From the NCBI RefSeq assembly GCF_000009705.1, contig NC_003272.1, positions 2,430,001-2,462,000 of the forward strand: a stretch of DNA of 32,000 nucleotides, given 5' to 3'. Of this stretch, positions 21,588 through 30,572 are shown piece by piece. Numbering within the stretch: position 1 is the stretch's first letter; each line of letters starts with the position of its first letter. Below the pieces are notes generated by a model. That model was not told the DNA's origin, did not search any database, and was given only the letters and a program-made list of their open reading frames with translations. A program made the translations under genes and the position numbers. The stretch comes from Nostoc sp. PCC 7120 = FACHB-418. Its GTDB lineage: Bacteria; Cyanobacteriota; Cyanobacteriia; Cyanobacteriales; Nostocaceae.

Positions 21588-23909
21588 GTGCAAGAAGATT
21601 TTAGATTAATTGTTGATTTAGTGTCAGTTCTCGCCGTTGCTGCCTGTGGTGGATTGTTTGCGGCGTTGCTCAAACAACCTGTGCTGCTGGGCTATCTCAT
21701 CGGCGGGATGGTAGTGGGGCCGGCTGGGCTGGGGCTGATTAAAGAAGTTATTCAAGTAGAAACTCTGGCACAGTTTGGCGTTGCTTTCTTGTTGTTTGCC
21801 TTGGGTGTGGAATTTTCCTTTGCTGAATTGAAAAAAGTAAAGGCGATCGCCCTTGGTGGTGGTGGGCTGCAAATTGCCCTGACAATCTTAACTACAGTGC
21901 TGGTTTGTGGGTTAACGGGAGCCTGGGGAGCCTTACCTGCTAAGGGCGTGTTTCTAGGGTCGATTCTCTCCCTATCATCTACAGCCGTTGTTCTCAAGTG
22001 CTTGATGGAGCGTAACGAAACGGAAACGCCCCACGGTCAAGTAATGCTGGGGATTTTGGTAGTCCAGGACTTGGCGCTGGGATTAATGCTAGCGGTGTTA
22101 CCTGCTTTGCATGAACCGGGGGAAGTTATTGTTGTGGCCGTCCTCACAGCCTTGGTCAGGATTGGTCTATTTGCGGCTGGGGCGGTGGCGGCTGGGATTT
22201 GGGTCATACCGCCTTTATTGCGACTGTTAGCCCGCACAGAAAGCCGAGAACTATTCTTATTAGGTGTGGTGGCGCTGTGTTTGGGTATTGCCCTGCTGAC
22301 AGAATCTTTAGGCCTGTCAATTGAAATGGGGGCTTTCGTCGCTGGGTTAATGATATCTGAGGTGGAGTATGCCGACCAAACCCTGACCTATGTAGAACCC
22401 CTACGAGATATTTTTGCTAGTTTATTCTTTGCAGCGATTGGGATGCTCATTGACCCAGTGTTTTTGTTGCAGAACATAGAACTAATTCTGGGGTTGGTAG
22501 CTTTAGTTTTCTTGGGCAAGTTCTTGATTATTACTCCCTTGGTCAAACTATTCCGCTACCCATTAAAAACAGCCTTAATCGCTGGTTTGGGATTGGCGCA
22601 GATTGGGGAGTTTTCCTTTGTGTTAGCCAGTGAGGGACAGGCACTGGGGTTGGTTTCCCGACGCGTATATTTACTGATATTGGGGACTACAGCTGTAACA
22701 CTCATGCTTACCCCATTTGTGTTACGTGTACTGCCAGCAGTATTTAACTTTGCCGAATCCATACCTTGGCTCAAACCCTACATAGCTGGAGAAGGTCAAG
22801 CATTAGATATATCAGAAGACCTACCATTTCAAGATCATGTAGTAGTGTGCGGTTATGGGCGAGTAGGTAAGAATTTGGTGAAGTTGTTGCAGCAACACAA
22901 TATGCCTGTAGTCGTTATCGACCAATCAGAAAGCCGGATTCAACAGTTACGAGACGCGGAAATACCTTATGTATACGGTAATTGCGTCAGCCTCCACGTT
23001 CTAGAAACAGCAGGGGTAAGTCATGCCAAAGGTATGGCGATCGCTCTTCCTGACCCTATGAGTACCCGTTTGTGTGTGAAACGCGCCCTGGAACTCTGTC
23101 CTGAACTAGATTTGGTGGTTCGCGCCACCCAGGACAAAAACATTGAGTTGCTGTATCAACTGGGAGCGAGGGAAGTCGTGCAACCAGAGTTTGAAGCCAG
23201 TATCGAAATGGCGACTCACTTATTAACCGATGTAGGCTGGACATCAGGTTTATTACAACAAGAAATGCAGCAAATCCGCAGCGATCATTACTTAGATTTT
23301 CGCCCAGAACGGAACGCTGATGAAGTTTCCCGCCACTTACAGCAAGCTACTCAAGATTTAAATCGCCGTTGGTATGCTCTACCAGCCGATTCTCCCCTAA
23401 TTGGGATGAATTTAGAAGAAGCGGATATGCGCTATTTAACAGGCGTAAGCTTAATGGCAATCCGCCGCGCCAACGGTGAAGAAATCGATTATCCCAGCAA
23501 TCAAACCAAATTAGCAGCAGGCGATCGCTTGTTGATTGTCGGCGCTAAAGAAGAACTAGCAGCATTAGAGGAATTTGCCCAAGGTAAGGTAGGTGTTCCA
23601 GGGCAAAACAGCGCTTGTCAGTGGGTAGCCGTCGATGCTAACTCCGCCGTTTTGGGTAAAACCCTCAAGGATTTGGCACTGGATATACAAAGCGGTATCA
23701 AAGTACAAGCGATACGCCGAGACGGTAAATTTATTCGCTCTCCCAATGACAACATTGACCTCCGGACTGGCGACCAAGTTCTACTATGCGGAAGCCTCCC
23801 AAGTCTGAATCAAATACAGCCTCTATTTGCCGTAGTCAACGAAATACCTCTAGCGATTCCCATAGTAAAAGCCAAGGAGACGGAAGTAGTTAAAGAGATG
23901 CGGGGTTAA
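21588..23909 (+). CDS. CPA2-family cation:proton antiporter (KefB/KefC-like) with an RCK N-domain and two TrkA-C domains
   Basis: GTG start. About 400 aa of polytopic membrane domain (LGYLIGGMVVGPAGLGLI...). Rossmann motif VVVCGYGRVGKNLVKLL (TrkA-N). Two C-terminal repeats have TrkA-C character (LIGMNLEEADMRYLTGVSLMAIRR..., VLGKTLKDLALDIQSGIKVQAIRR...). Confidence 0.85.
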   Translation: MQEDFRLIVDLVSVLAVAACGGLFAALLKQPVLLGYLIGGMVVGPAGLGLIKEVIQVETLAQFGVAFLLFALGVEFSFAELKKVKAIALGGGGLQIALTILTTVLVCGLTGAWGALPAKGVFLGSILSLSSTAVVLKCLMERNETETPHGQVMLGILVVQDLALGLMLAVLPALHEPGEVIVVAVLTALVRIGLFAAGAVAAGIWVIPPLLRLLARTESRELFLLGVVALCLGIALLTESLGLSIEMGAFVAGLMISEVEYADQTLTYVEPLRDIFASLFFAAIGMLIDPVFLLQNIELILGLVALVFLGKFLIITPLVKLFRYPLKTALIAGLGLAQIGEFSFVLASEGQALGLVSRRVYLLILGTTAVTLMLTPFVLRVLPAVFNFAESIPWLKPYIAGEGQALDISEDLPFQDHVVVCGYGRVGKNLVKLLQQHNMPVVVIDQSESRIQQLRDAEIPYVYGNCVSLHVLETAGVSHAKGMAIALPDPMSTRLCVKRALELCPELDLVVRATQDKNIELLYQLGAREVVQPEFEASIEMATHLLTDVGWTSGLLQQEMQQIRSDHYLDFRPERNADEVSRHLQQATQDLNRRWYALPADSPLIGMNLEEADMRYLTGVSLMAIRRANGEEIDYPSNQTKLAAGDRLLIVGAKEELAALEEFAQGKVGVPGQNSACQWVAVDANSAVLGKTLKDLALDIQSGIKVQAIRRDGKFIRSPNDNIDLRTGDQVLLCGSLPSLNQIQPLFAVVNEIPLAIPIVKAKETEVVKEMRG

Positions 23910-23910
23910 C

Positions 23911-24180
23911 AATTCAAAATTCAAAATTCAAAATTCAAAATACCCTGCGGGTTCGCGTAGCGTTCTCGTTCGCGTTAGCGTCTCCGAAGGAGAAGAGTAG
24001 GCTACGCCAACAAAATTCAAAATTAAGAAAGCCGAACAGAATCAAGGTATGTTCGTTTCTTTCCTAATTCCCTTTCGGGTGACGCTCTCTACGAGACGCT
24101 AAAAGCGAACGCAAGCTCGCTAACGCCAGTTCCCAGGGCGCGGGAAACCCGCCTTCCCTACGGGACGATACGGGAACAGG
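23911..24180. repeat. Composite dispersed-repeat region: (AATTCAA)4 heptamer array plus GC-rich Nostoc-type short repeat cores
   Basis: AATTCAAAATTCAAAATTCAAAATTCAAAATACCCT... is followed by CGCGTAGCG/GCGTTAGCG/CTACGAGACGC-type cores. The heptamer array and the AAAATACCCT junction recur, in inverted orientation, at 31148-31257. Confidence 0.7.
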
Positions 24181-24197
24181 ACTGGTCTCACCAATCC

Positions 24198-24416
24198 CTA
24201 GCCTTTGGGTTGTAAATAGGCGATCGCTTGTTTCCAAATAGTAGTTTGGCGGCTATTTTCGTCGGCGATACACACACAGGTAGGGTCTTGCCATAAAACC
24301 CTACCTGTAATTGCATCTCCTGTCACCAGTTTGATTTCTACTGGTGCTGCTTGTTTAATCAGGTTTTGTAGTTGACGAATACTAGGTAGTGAAGTGTCAA
24401 ATTCAGTTATAGCCAT
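24198..24416 (-). CDS. hfq: Cyanobacterial Hfq homolog (Sm-like protein)
   Basis: 72 aa. LPSIRQLQNLIKQAAPVEIKLVTGDAITGRVLWQDPTCVCIADENSRQTTIWKQAIAYLQPK matches the characteristic cyanobacterial Hfq pattern (LPS.RQ.Q.LIK...PVEIKL.TGD...G...WQD). It sits divergently next to dapF, as I recall for other cyanobacteria. Confidence 0.85.
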   Translation of the reverse strand: MAITEFDTSLPSIRQLQNLIKQAAPVEIKLVTGDAITGRVLWQDPTCVCIADENSRQTTIWKQAIAYLQPKG

Positions 24417-24453
24417 TTTTGATAATGATGGAATAATTGAGGGATTAAGTCAT

Positions 24454-24522
24454 AGGTAATAGGTAATGGGTAATGGGTAGTGGATGAAAATTTATTCTCA
24501 ATTACCAATCACCAATACCTAA
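24454..24522. repeat. Heptamer-type STRR-like repeats in inverted arrangement within the hfq-dapF divergent spacer
   Basis: GGTAATAGGTAATGGGTAATGGGTAGTGG (24454-24483) faces CAATTACCAATCACCAATACCTA (24500-24522). Confidence 0.6.
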
Positions 24523-24547
24523 TCATTGATAATTCATCATGGGAAAA

Positions 24548-25387
24548 ATGGCAATCGAATTTACTAAGTATCACGGTCTAGGCAACGATTTTATTCTCAT
24601 CGATAATCGCGCTTCTAAAACGCCGGCAATCACTCCAGAGAAAGCGGTGGAGATGTGCGATCGCCACTTTGGTATCGGGGCTGATGGTGTAATTTTTGCC
24701 TTACCTGGAGAAAACGGTACTGATTACACCATGCGGATTTTTAATTCCGATGGTTCAGAACCGGAAATGTGTGGTAATGGTATTCGCTGTTTAGCTGCAT
24801 TTCTGGCTGATTTGGAAGGGCTTTCTCGTAATAAAGATACCTATCGTATTCATACCTTGGCTGGTGTGATTACCCCCCAACTCACCCCTGATGGACAAAT
24901 CAAGGTGGATATGGGTTTACCTCGGTTACTAGCTGGGGAAATTCCGACAACTCTTGGTGCTGCTGATGGGAAAGTCATTAACCAACCCCTAGAAGTAGAA
25001 GGGCAAACTTGGGAAGTTACTTGTGTCAGCATGGGGAATCCCCACTGTATTACTTTTGTCGAAGACGTGGCGGCGATTCCTTTAGAAATCATCGGCCCTA
25101 AATTTGAACATCACCCAGCATTTCCCCAACGGACAAACACCGAATTTATTCAAGTTGTCAGCCGTGACTATTTAAAGATGCGTGTTTGGGAACGTGGTGC
25201 AGGAATTACTTTAGCTTGCGGTACAGGGGCTTGTGCTTCCTTGGTAGCGGCGGTATTGACTGGAAGAAGCGATCGCCTCGCCACTGTAGAATTACCTGGT
25301 GGCCCCTTGGAAATTGAATGGTCAGAAGTAGACCAAAGAATTTATATGACCGGCCCGGCTGATAGGGTATTCACAGGTAAACTTTGA
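24548..25387 (+). CDS. dapF: Diaminopimelate epimerase
   Basis: [20 protein letters not shown], catalytic-Cys motifs EMCGNGIRC and ACGTGACA, about 279 aa. The track ORF starts 9 nt earlier (24539, MGKM...); the MAIEF start is preferred on homology grounds. Confidence 0.9.
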   Translation: MAIEFTKYHGLGNDFILIDNRASKTPAITPEKAVEMCDRHFGIGADGVIFALPGENGTDYTMRIFNSDGSEPEMCGNGIRCLAAFLADLEGLSRNKDTYRIHTLAGVITPQLTPDGQIKVDMGLPRLLAGEIPTTLGAADGKVINQPLEVEGQTWEVTCVSMGNPHCITFVEDVAAIPLEIIGPKFEHHPAFPQRTNTEFIQVVSRDYLKMRVWERGAGITLACGTGACASLVAAVLTGRSDRLATVELPGGPLEIEWSEVDQRIYMTGPADRVFTGKL

Positions 25388-25483
25388 GCAAGATTCCTTT
25401 CACCCTTCCCATAGGTGTGCCTTTGTTGGAGACTCACATTAAATCAACCAACCCCAGGTTGTGGTAGTTTGATTTACAGATGT

Positions 25484-25519
25484 ATACCAAAGGGCTAGAG
25501 GTCACTAGCCCTTTGGTAT
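25484..25519 (+). terminator. Perfect 15-bp stem-loop between dapF and the receiver gene (candidate terminator or structured RNA)
   Basis: ATACCAAAGGGCTAG-AGGTCA-CTAGCCCTTTGGTAT, read directly. It lies about 100 nt after the dapF stop. No clear U-tract follows. Confidence 0.45.
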
Positions 25520-25565
25520 GACTTCCTCCGTAATTGGTTTAGGCAACTAGGGAGGCTATAATAGC

Positions 25566-26030
25566 ATGGCGAATAACCCGGAAGAACTGCATCCACAAGA
25601 CGTTACAAATTATTTTCAGTCTTTAGATGGGTTGCAAATTTTAGCAGTAGATGATAATGCTGACAGTCTGTTTTTAACTGCCTGCGTTTTAGAAAGCTAT
25701 GGTGTTCAAGTAACAACAGCTACATCAGCATCGGAAGCATTAGAAACAATCAAACAACTAAAGTTTGATATTTTGATTTTTGACATTGCCATGCCCGATA
25801 TGGATGGATATACATTAGTATACGAAATTAGAAACAATGCCCTATTAGAAAACAGGAATATTCCGGCGATCGCTCTCACTGCGTTAGGCTCAGAAGACAG
25901 CTTGAATATGGCTTTCATGTCTGGATTCCAAGGCTATGTTAATAAACCTTTAGACCCTAATATTCTCGTAGCAGAAATTCTCAAGCTCATAAGGAGTTCC
26001 GTATTAGAAAATGGGACTAATAGTCATTAG
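25566..26030 (+). CDS. Stand-alone CheY-like response-regulator receiver domain protein
   Basis: ILAVDDNADS (acidic pair), ILIFDIAMPDMDGYTL (phospho-acceptor Asp), IALTA and VNKPL (conserved T/K). 154 aa with no output domain. Confidence 0.85.
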   Translation: MANNPEELHPQDVTNYFQSLDGLQILAVDDNADSLFLTACVLESYGVQVTTATSASEALETIKQLKFDILIFDIAMPDMDGYTLVYEIRNNALLENRNIPAIALTALGSEDSLNMAFMSGFQGYVNKPLDPNILVAEILKLIRSSVLENGTNSH

Positions 26031-26067
26031 TCAGAGACCCGATTAATCATGTCTGTACGGTTGTTAG

Positions 26068-26087
26068 AGACGCGATTAATCGCGTCT
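26068..26087. terminator. Palindromic hairpin AGACGCGATTAATCGCGTCT between convergent genes (possible bidirectional terminator; member of a dispersed repeat type)
   Basis: Perfect 20-nt palindrome followed by TTTA. A degenerate copy (AGACCCGATTAATCATGTCT) sits immediately upstream at 26034-26053. Confidence 0.45.
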
Positions 26088-26090
26088 TTA

Positions 26091-27728
26091 CTATTGTTTA
26101 CCTATGGGAATAGCTTGTGGGGGGATTTCTGTAACTATGCGAAAAGGAAATGACTGGGTTGAAGCCAACTGAGCGTAATCTGGGGTGAGGAAGACCGCAT
26201 ATTTTTCGGCTTCTGGCGTGAGTTGTGCCGCCATTGCTAGAGCGATCGCCTTGACAAATTGGCGAACATCGGTAGCCTGTTCTCCGACTATTTCACCACC
26301 AGTTAGGGGTGTATTGGGTTTGTCTACCTGATCTAATGTGGCACTGGGGTCTTTCACACTCAAATGTGTACCGCCAATGATTCCCACCAACCATTTCGGA
26401 GATGGAATTTTGCTAAATCCCACAATTTGTTCGGTTAAAGCGGGAGTAGTTTTATCTGCGGAAGCAGCGACAATTAAAGTCGGGATTTGCACCTTTGTTA
26501 AACCAGTTTCGCCAAACATTAATGAAGTCGTGGGAGTTAAAGCTATTGCTTGTTTAATTCTGTTATCCCGCAGTTGATAAGTTTTTTCTGGCAATTCTTG
26601 AGCAACACATTGGATAGTTTCTCCCAGGCTTAAAATAGTTAATTTATTCTGACAGCGTTCTCTGATTCCGGTTATTTGTAACTCGGCTCCAGCCAAGGAT
26701 AAAGCTGTACCCCCGCCAAAAGAATAGCCAATCACCATCGTGTTATCAGTTGCCAGTTTCCCTTGTAGGGGATTACCTGTTGCTTGGTTGAGTTTTTCTA
26801 ATACATCTAAAACAAAACTGACATCTTGAGGACGATTTAAAAACTCTTGGGGTTGTAAAAGTCGCACTTTGCCTTTGCTTGCTAAATCTGTATTTGCCTG
26901 ATTACTTCCCGGATGTTCTAAGGCGACGAATATATAACCGTGGGAGGCAAAATGTTCAGCTAAATAGTGTAAATCTGTGCGGACTGATCCCATCCCGTGG
27001 GAGTAGATAATTACAGGTTTTTCTTGAGTTGCAGATGTTGACCAGTATATATCCACCGGAATTTGGCGATCGCGTTTTTGATCGTTCAAGTTCAATTTCA
27101 GTACTTGTACTTGGGCGTTTCCTGGTTGGCTAGGGTCAAAAGGTAAGGAAATCTGCGGTTTGGTGGGATCAAGTTGAGGACTAATCGCCAGCATAAATTG
27201 TTGTGTACGCCAGAAAGCATTGTTTAAACTCCCCGCCACTTGGAAAGCTTGGGGTAGGTTAATTTCTAGGCTCTGACTGGGGTAAGCAGCAATAAAGCTG
27301 AGAATAGAAAGACCCTGTGGTGCAGTAGAACCCAACACCAAACTAGCTCTTAAAGCTTTTGCACCAGATTGATCTTTGCGAACTACGGCCGTGGATAAGT
27401 CATTGAGAATAGTTGTCCCAATTTGAGTATTTAGTAACCTACTGATGGTTACCACATTCAACGGTACTCTCATCCTCAGCGCTCCAATGATAGTGCGGCG
27501 CTGTTGTTCTGATAATCGTCTTGTGAATAGGTTTAAACTGCTAGGAAATTCGCCAGTCTCCGCCGCTTTCTGTAAGTCAGCCACAGGAATAGATTCGGCA
27601 AATAACCCAAATCTCACTACGACTGTCTCAGCTGCTTGGACAGGAGTATTTGTAGCAAAAAACTGTGTGAGGCTAAATGTGCAGACAAGACCTGCAAAAA
27701 TTTTTATACTTTTCCAAGTGATTCTCAT
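26091..27728 (-). CDS. Secreted DUF1400-domain alpha/beta hydrolase (dienelactone hydrolase / PAF-acetylhydrolase-like)
   Basis: Signal peptide MRITWKSIKIFAGLVCTFSLTQFFATNTPVQA. The N-terminal region VVVRFGLFAESIPVADLQKAAETGE... is typical of cyanobacterial DUF1400. The nucleophile elbow is GYSFGG, and the C-terminal segment GGTH is His-containing. Confidence 0.75.
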   Translation of the reverse strand: MRITWKSIKIFAGLVCTFSLTQFFATNTPVQAAETVVVRFGLFAESIPVADLQKAAETGEFPSSLNLFTRRLSEQQRRTIIGALRMRVPLNVVTISRLLNTQIGTTILNDLSTAVVRKDQSGAKALRASLVLGSTAPQGLSILSFIAAYPSQSLEINLPQAFQVAGSLNNAFWRTQQFMLAISPQLDPTKPQISLPFDPSQPGNAQVQVLKLNLNDQKRDRQIPVDIYWSTSATQEKPVIIYSHGMGSVRTDLHYLAEHFASHGYIFVALEHPGSNQANTDLASKGKVRLLQPQEFLNRPQDVSFVLDVLEKLNQATGNPLQGKLATDNTMVIGYSFGGGTALSLAGAELQITGIRERCQNKLTILSLGETIQCVAQELPEKTYQLRDNRIKQAIALTPTTSLMFGETGLTKVQIPTLIVAASADKTTPALTEQIVGFSKIPSPKWLVGIIGGTHLSVKDPSATLDQVDKPNTPLTGGEIVGEQATDVRQFVKAIALAMAAQLTPEAEKYAVFLTPDYAQLASTQSFPFRIVTEIPPQAIPIGKQ

Positions 27729-27882
27729 AAGAATATTTTTAATATAGTACTTACGGGAATATAGCGAATATCAGTGTATTTAGCTACTATAATCTACAAA
27801 AAATCGCAGGCAATCGGGAATAGAAGATAGTAAAACTAGGTTGCACAACATAAGAGACTGCTAGATAAAAAATTATCGAAAT

Positions 27883-27947
27883 GTAGGGTGCGTCAGTATG
27901 AATAATTTATGAGTATAGCTAGGTTTTATCCCACTGACGCACCCTAC
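27883..27947. mobile_element. 64-nt hairpin repeat (MITE-like), copy 2
   Basis: GTAGGGTGCGTCAGTATGAATAATTT...ACTGACGCACCCTAC. It is flanked by a further imperfect inverted pair (GATAAAAAATTATCGAAAT / ATTTCGGATAATTTATTTTTT). It lies in the divergent spacer between the hydrolase and ggt genes. Confidence 0.7.
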
Positions 27948-28104
27948 TAAACCATCAATTTCGGATAATTTATTTTTTGGTGTTCCCTGATCTCAGATGA
28001 TGTCATTTATGCCATTGCTAGATGTAGGCTAGTAAACAAGTACCTGAACCTAATCAATTATACCCATAGTGTTTCTGTCCTCTTTCCCTGGAAAAAGTAT
28101 AAAA

Positions 28105-29898
28105 ATGCCTATGTTTACTAAGTCAAAGCGGGTTGTATGTACAGTTTTTTCCCTTGGGGTTCTTTGTTACACCCAACTAGCCTCAGCCACTATTACCTTA
28201 CCTCTGCGTAGTAAAAAAGGTATGGTAGTATCTGCCCATCCTTTGGCAAGTGAGACTGGTGTGGCAATGTTACGCAAAGGTGGTAATGCAGTCGATGCAG
28301 CAGTAGCCACAACTTTGGCAATTTCCGTAGTTGAGCCATTTTCTGCCGGAATTGGTGGCGGGGGATTTTTGCTGATGCGTTCCCAGAAAACAGGAGAAAT
28401 CAAAGCGTTAGATTTTCGGGAACGCGCACCCCTCAAAGCCACGAGAAAGATGTATTTGGATGATGCAGGTAAGGTGCGTCCAAATGCAAGTGTCAACGGT
28501 TATTTGGCGGTAGCTACACCAGGAACGATCGCCGGGATGTATGAAGTGCATCGTCGTTATGGTAAATTACCCTGGCATGAGGTGGTAAAACCTGCGATCG
28601 CACTAGCGAAAGATGGTTTTGTTCTTGATCAAAAACCCACTTGGCGATCAATCCAAGTTTATGAAACCCGCAAACAAGCAATTCTCAGCAACCAAGCAGC
28701 ACGGGAAATCTTCACTCGCAACGGTGAATTTTATCAGCCTGGGGAAAAGTTGGTGCAGCGTGATTTGGCAGGTACTTTGGAAGCGATCGCCCAAAATCCC
28801 CAAAGCTTTTACACTGGTAATATTGCCCGTGCGATCGCGGCTGATATGGCGAAAAATGGCGGTTTAATTACCTTAGCAGACCTGAAAGCCTACAAACCCA
28901 TCTGGCGTAATCCTGTCTGTGGCAATTTCCGTCAAGCTAAAATCTGCTCAATGCCACCACCTTCATCAGGCGGTGTGTTGCTATTGCAGATGTTAAATAT
29001 TATTGGTGACACAGATTTAAAATCCTGGGGTTGGCATCATCCCGATGCGTTGCATTTATTCACAGAAGCAATGAAAATTACCTACAGCGATCGCTCACAA
29101 TATTTAGGCGACCCCGATTTTGTCAAAATTCCTCTACAAGCACTGATTAGTCCAGCCTACGGCAAAAAGCGTCGTGCAGAAATTGATTTACACAGAGCCA
29201 CACCCTCAACCCAAGTCAAACCCATTGCCCCAGAAATTTTACAACAATTGGAGAAAGCAGAGATTCCCCAGAGAATATATGCAAATCGCTATGAATCTCC
29301 CGAAACCAGCCATATAAATGTCGTCGATGAAGAACGTAATGCAGTCAGCCTCACTTTTACCGTTAATTATGGTTTTGGTTCTGGAGTGGTTGCATCGGGG
29401 ACTGGTATTTTGCTCAACGATGAAATGGACGATTTTGCTGCTGCGCCAGGGGTTCCCAATGTATTTGGGTTAGTAGGCAGCGAAGCCAATGCGATTTCAC
29501 CCCGCAAAACTCCCTTATCGAGTATGACACCAACTATCATCACCGAGAACGAACGCCTCCGTATGGTAGTAGGTGCGCCTGGTGGTAGCACCATCATTAC
29601 TCAAGTTTTGCAAATTATTCTCAATGTTTTAGAATACAATATGAATGTTGGTGCAGCCGTATCTGTCCCACGCATACATCACCAGTGGCTACCCGATGAA
29701 TTACGAGTAGAAACTTGGGGATTAGACGCGCTTACCCTACAAGACTTACGCCGACGCGGACATAACATCAAAGAAACTAATCCTTGGGGTAATATTAATG
29801 CGATCGTTGTCACCAAAGAAGGCGACTTAGAAGGCGCAGCCGACCCACGCGGCGAAGGTTCTCCCAGAGGAGATATGAAACTAATAACTAATGACTAA
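28105..29898 (+). CDS. ggt: Gamma-glutamyltranspeptidase
   Basis: Typical GGT motifs: GGNAVDAAVA, SGIGGGGF, the autoprocessing/catalytic Thr in PETSHINVVD, DDEMDDF and GAPGGSTII. The track ORF begins at a GTG at 28069. The ATG at 28105 (MPMFTKSKR..., signal-like) is preferred. Confidence 0.9.
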   Translation: MPMFTKSKRVVCTVFSLGVLCYTQLASATITLPLRSKKGMVVSAHPLASETGVAMLRKGGNAVDAAVATTLAISVVEPFSAGIGGGGFLLMRSQKTGEIKALDFRERAPLKATRKMYLDDAGKVRPNASVNGYLAVATPGTIAGMYEVHRRYGKLPWHEVVKPAIALAKDGFVLDQKPTWRSIQVYETRKQAILSNQAAREIFTRNGEFYQPGEKLVQRDLAGTLEAIAQNPQSFYTGNIARAIAADMAKNGGLITLADLKAYKPIWRNPVCGNFRQAKICSMPPPSSGGVLLLQMLNIIGDTDLKSWGWHHPDALHLFTEAMKITYSDRSQYLGDPDFVKIPLQALISPAYGKKRRAEIDLHRATPSTQVKPIAPEILQQLEKAEIPQRIYANRYESPETSHINVVDEERNAVSLTFTVNYGFGSGVVASGTGILLNDEMDDFAAAPGVPNVFGLVGSEANAISPRKTPLSSMTPTIITENERLRMVVGAPGGSTIITQVLQIILNVLEYNMNVGAAVSVPRIHHQWLPDELRVETWGLDALTLQDLRRRGHNIKETNPWGNINAIVVTKEGDLEGAADPRGEGSPRGDMKLITND

Positions 29899-29901
29899 TG
29901 A

Positions 29902-30198
29902 CTACTGTCCATTAACCATAGACTCTGCATGAACACTGCTACCAAATTCGTTGGCACGGGCGCTGGGAACTAATGTCCAGCCTGCTTTTAGTAACTTCTG
30001 ATAGGTTGCCCAACCTTTTGAGCCACCTGGAATCTGATAATCTGGTACTGAATATTGGGGAAAAGCTGTGTATGGTCGCCAGGGCTGGCTGGGAGCAGTT
30101 TGCAGATATAAAATCTTGTCCCCATCTCCGCTAGTCTTAGATATCCAGCACATTTGTCGATACATGGCAGACTCCTTTGCATTAAGTGCATATTGCAT
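29902..30198 (-). CDS. Small hypothetical protein (98 aa; family not recognised)
   Basis: The ORF is convergent with ggt, with the two stops only 3 nt apart. The composition is protein-like (W/Y/P-rich, ...PWRPYTAFPQYSVPDYQIPGGSKGWATYQKLLKAGWTLVP...). The start is uncertain (M1 or M12). Confidence 0.4.
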   Translation of the reverse strand: MQYALNAKESAMYRQMCWISKTSGDGDKILYLQTAPSQPWRPYTAFPQYSVPDYQIPGGSKGWATYQKLLKAGWTLVPSARANEFGSSVHAESMVNGQ

Positions 30199-30572
30199 AT
30201 TGACAGAATTTTGTCAACGGTTACATCACCCTTGTGGGATAATTTGAGTGTTCTTAGGGTATGTCAACTTATGTACAATCTAAAATCGTACAATTACGTA
30301 AATAAATATGAGATATTTAGATTGCTTATCATCAGCTAATTAGGGAAAAAAGCCGAAGAAGCTTCATACCTGCCTTTAATCTAGGATTAAGATTTTTTCA
30401 ATGGTATATGCGGTTTTCATAAGCGTATGTATCAAGAGTTACTTTTTTAGAAAATATTTAAAGTTTTATTTCAAAAAAAGAGTTTTGACGGTGCGACTAG
30501 GGAATAGAAAAGGTGAGTTCCCTGTGGGGATGAAGGGGTAATGGGGAAGGAATAATGACCAATTACCCATGA

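Noticed and set aside
21624-23777. Six short minus-strand ORFs across the antiporter gene
   Set aside because: They are antisense shadows of a GC-richer membrane-protein gene. Their translations are Pro/Ala/Thr-rich nonsense.
23911-24025. A possible CRISPR array or other spacer-repeat structure in the heptamer/octamer repeat regions (also 21391-21444 and 31148-31257)
   Set aside because: The repeat units are only 7-8 nt and directly abutting, with no 25-40-nt repeats, no unique spacers and no cas genes. These are microsatellite/STRR-type repeats.
29902-30198. An overlapping same-strand ORF at 29988-30191, and the idea that the 98-aa ORF is an antisense artefact of ggt
   Set aside because: The 67-aa ORF is a frame-shifted shadow of the 98-aa ORF. 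The 98-aa ORF lies wholly outside ggt (the stops are 3 nt apart), so it is not an antisense shadow. I keep it as a low-confidence hypothetical gene.
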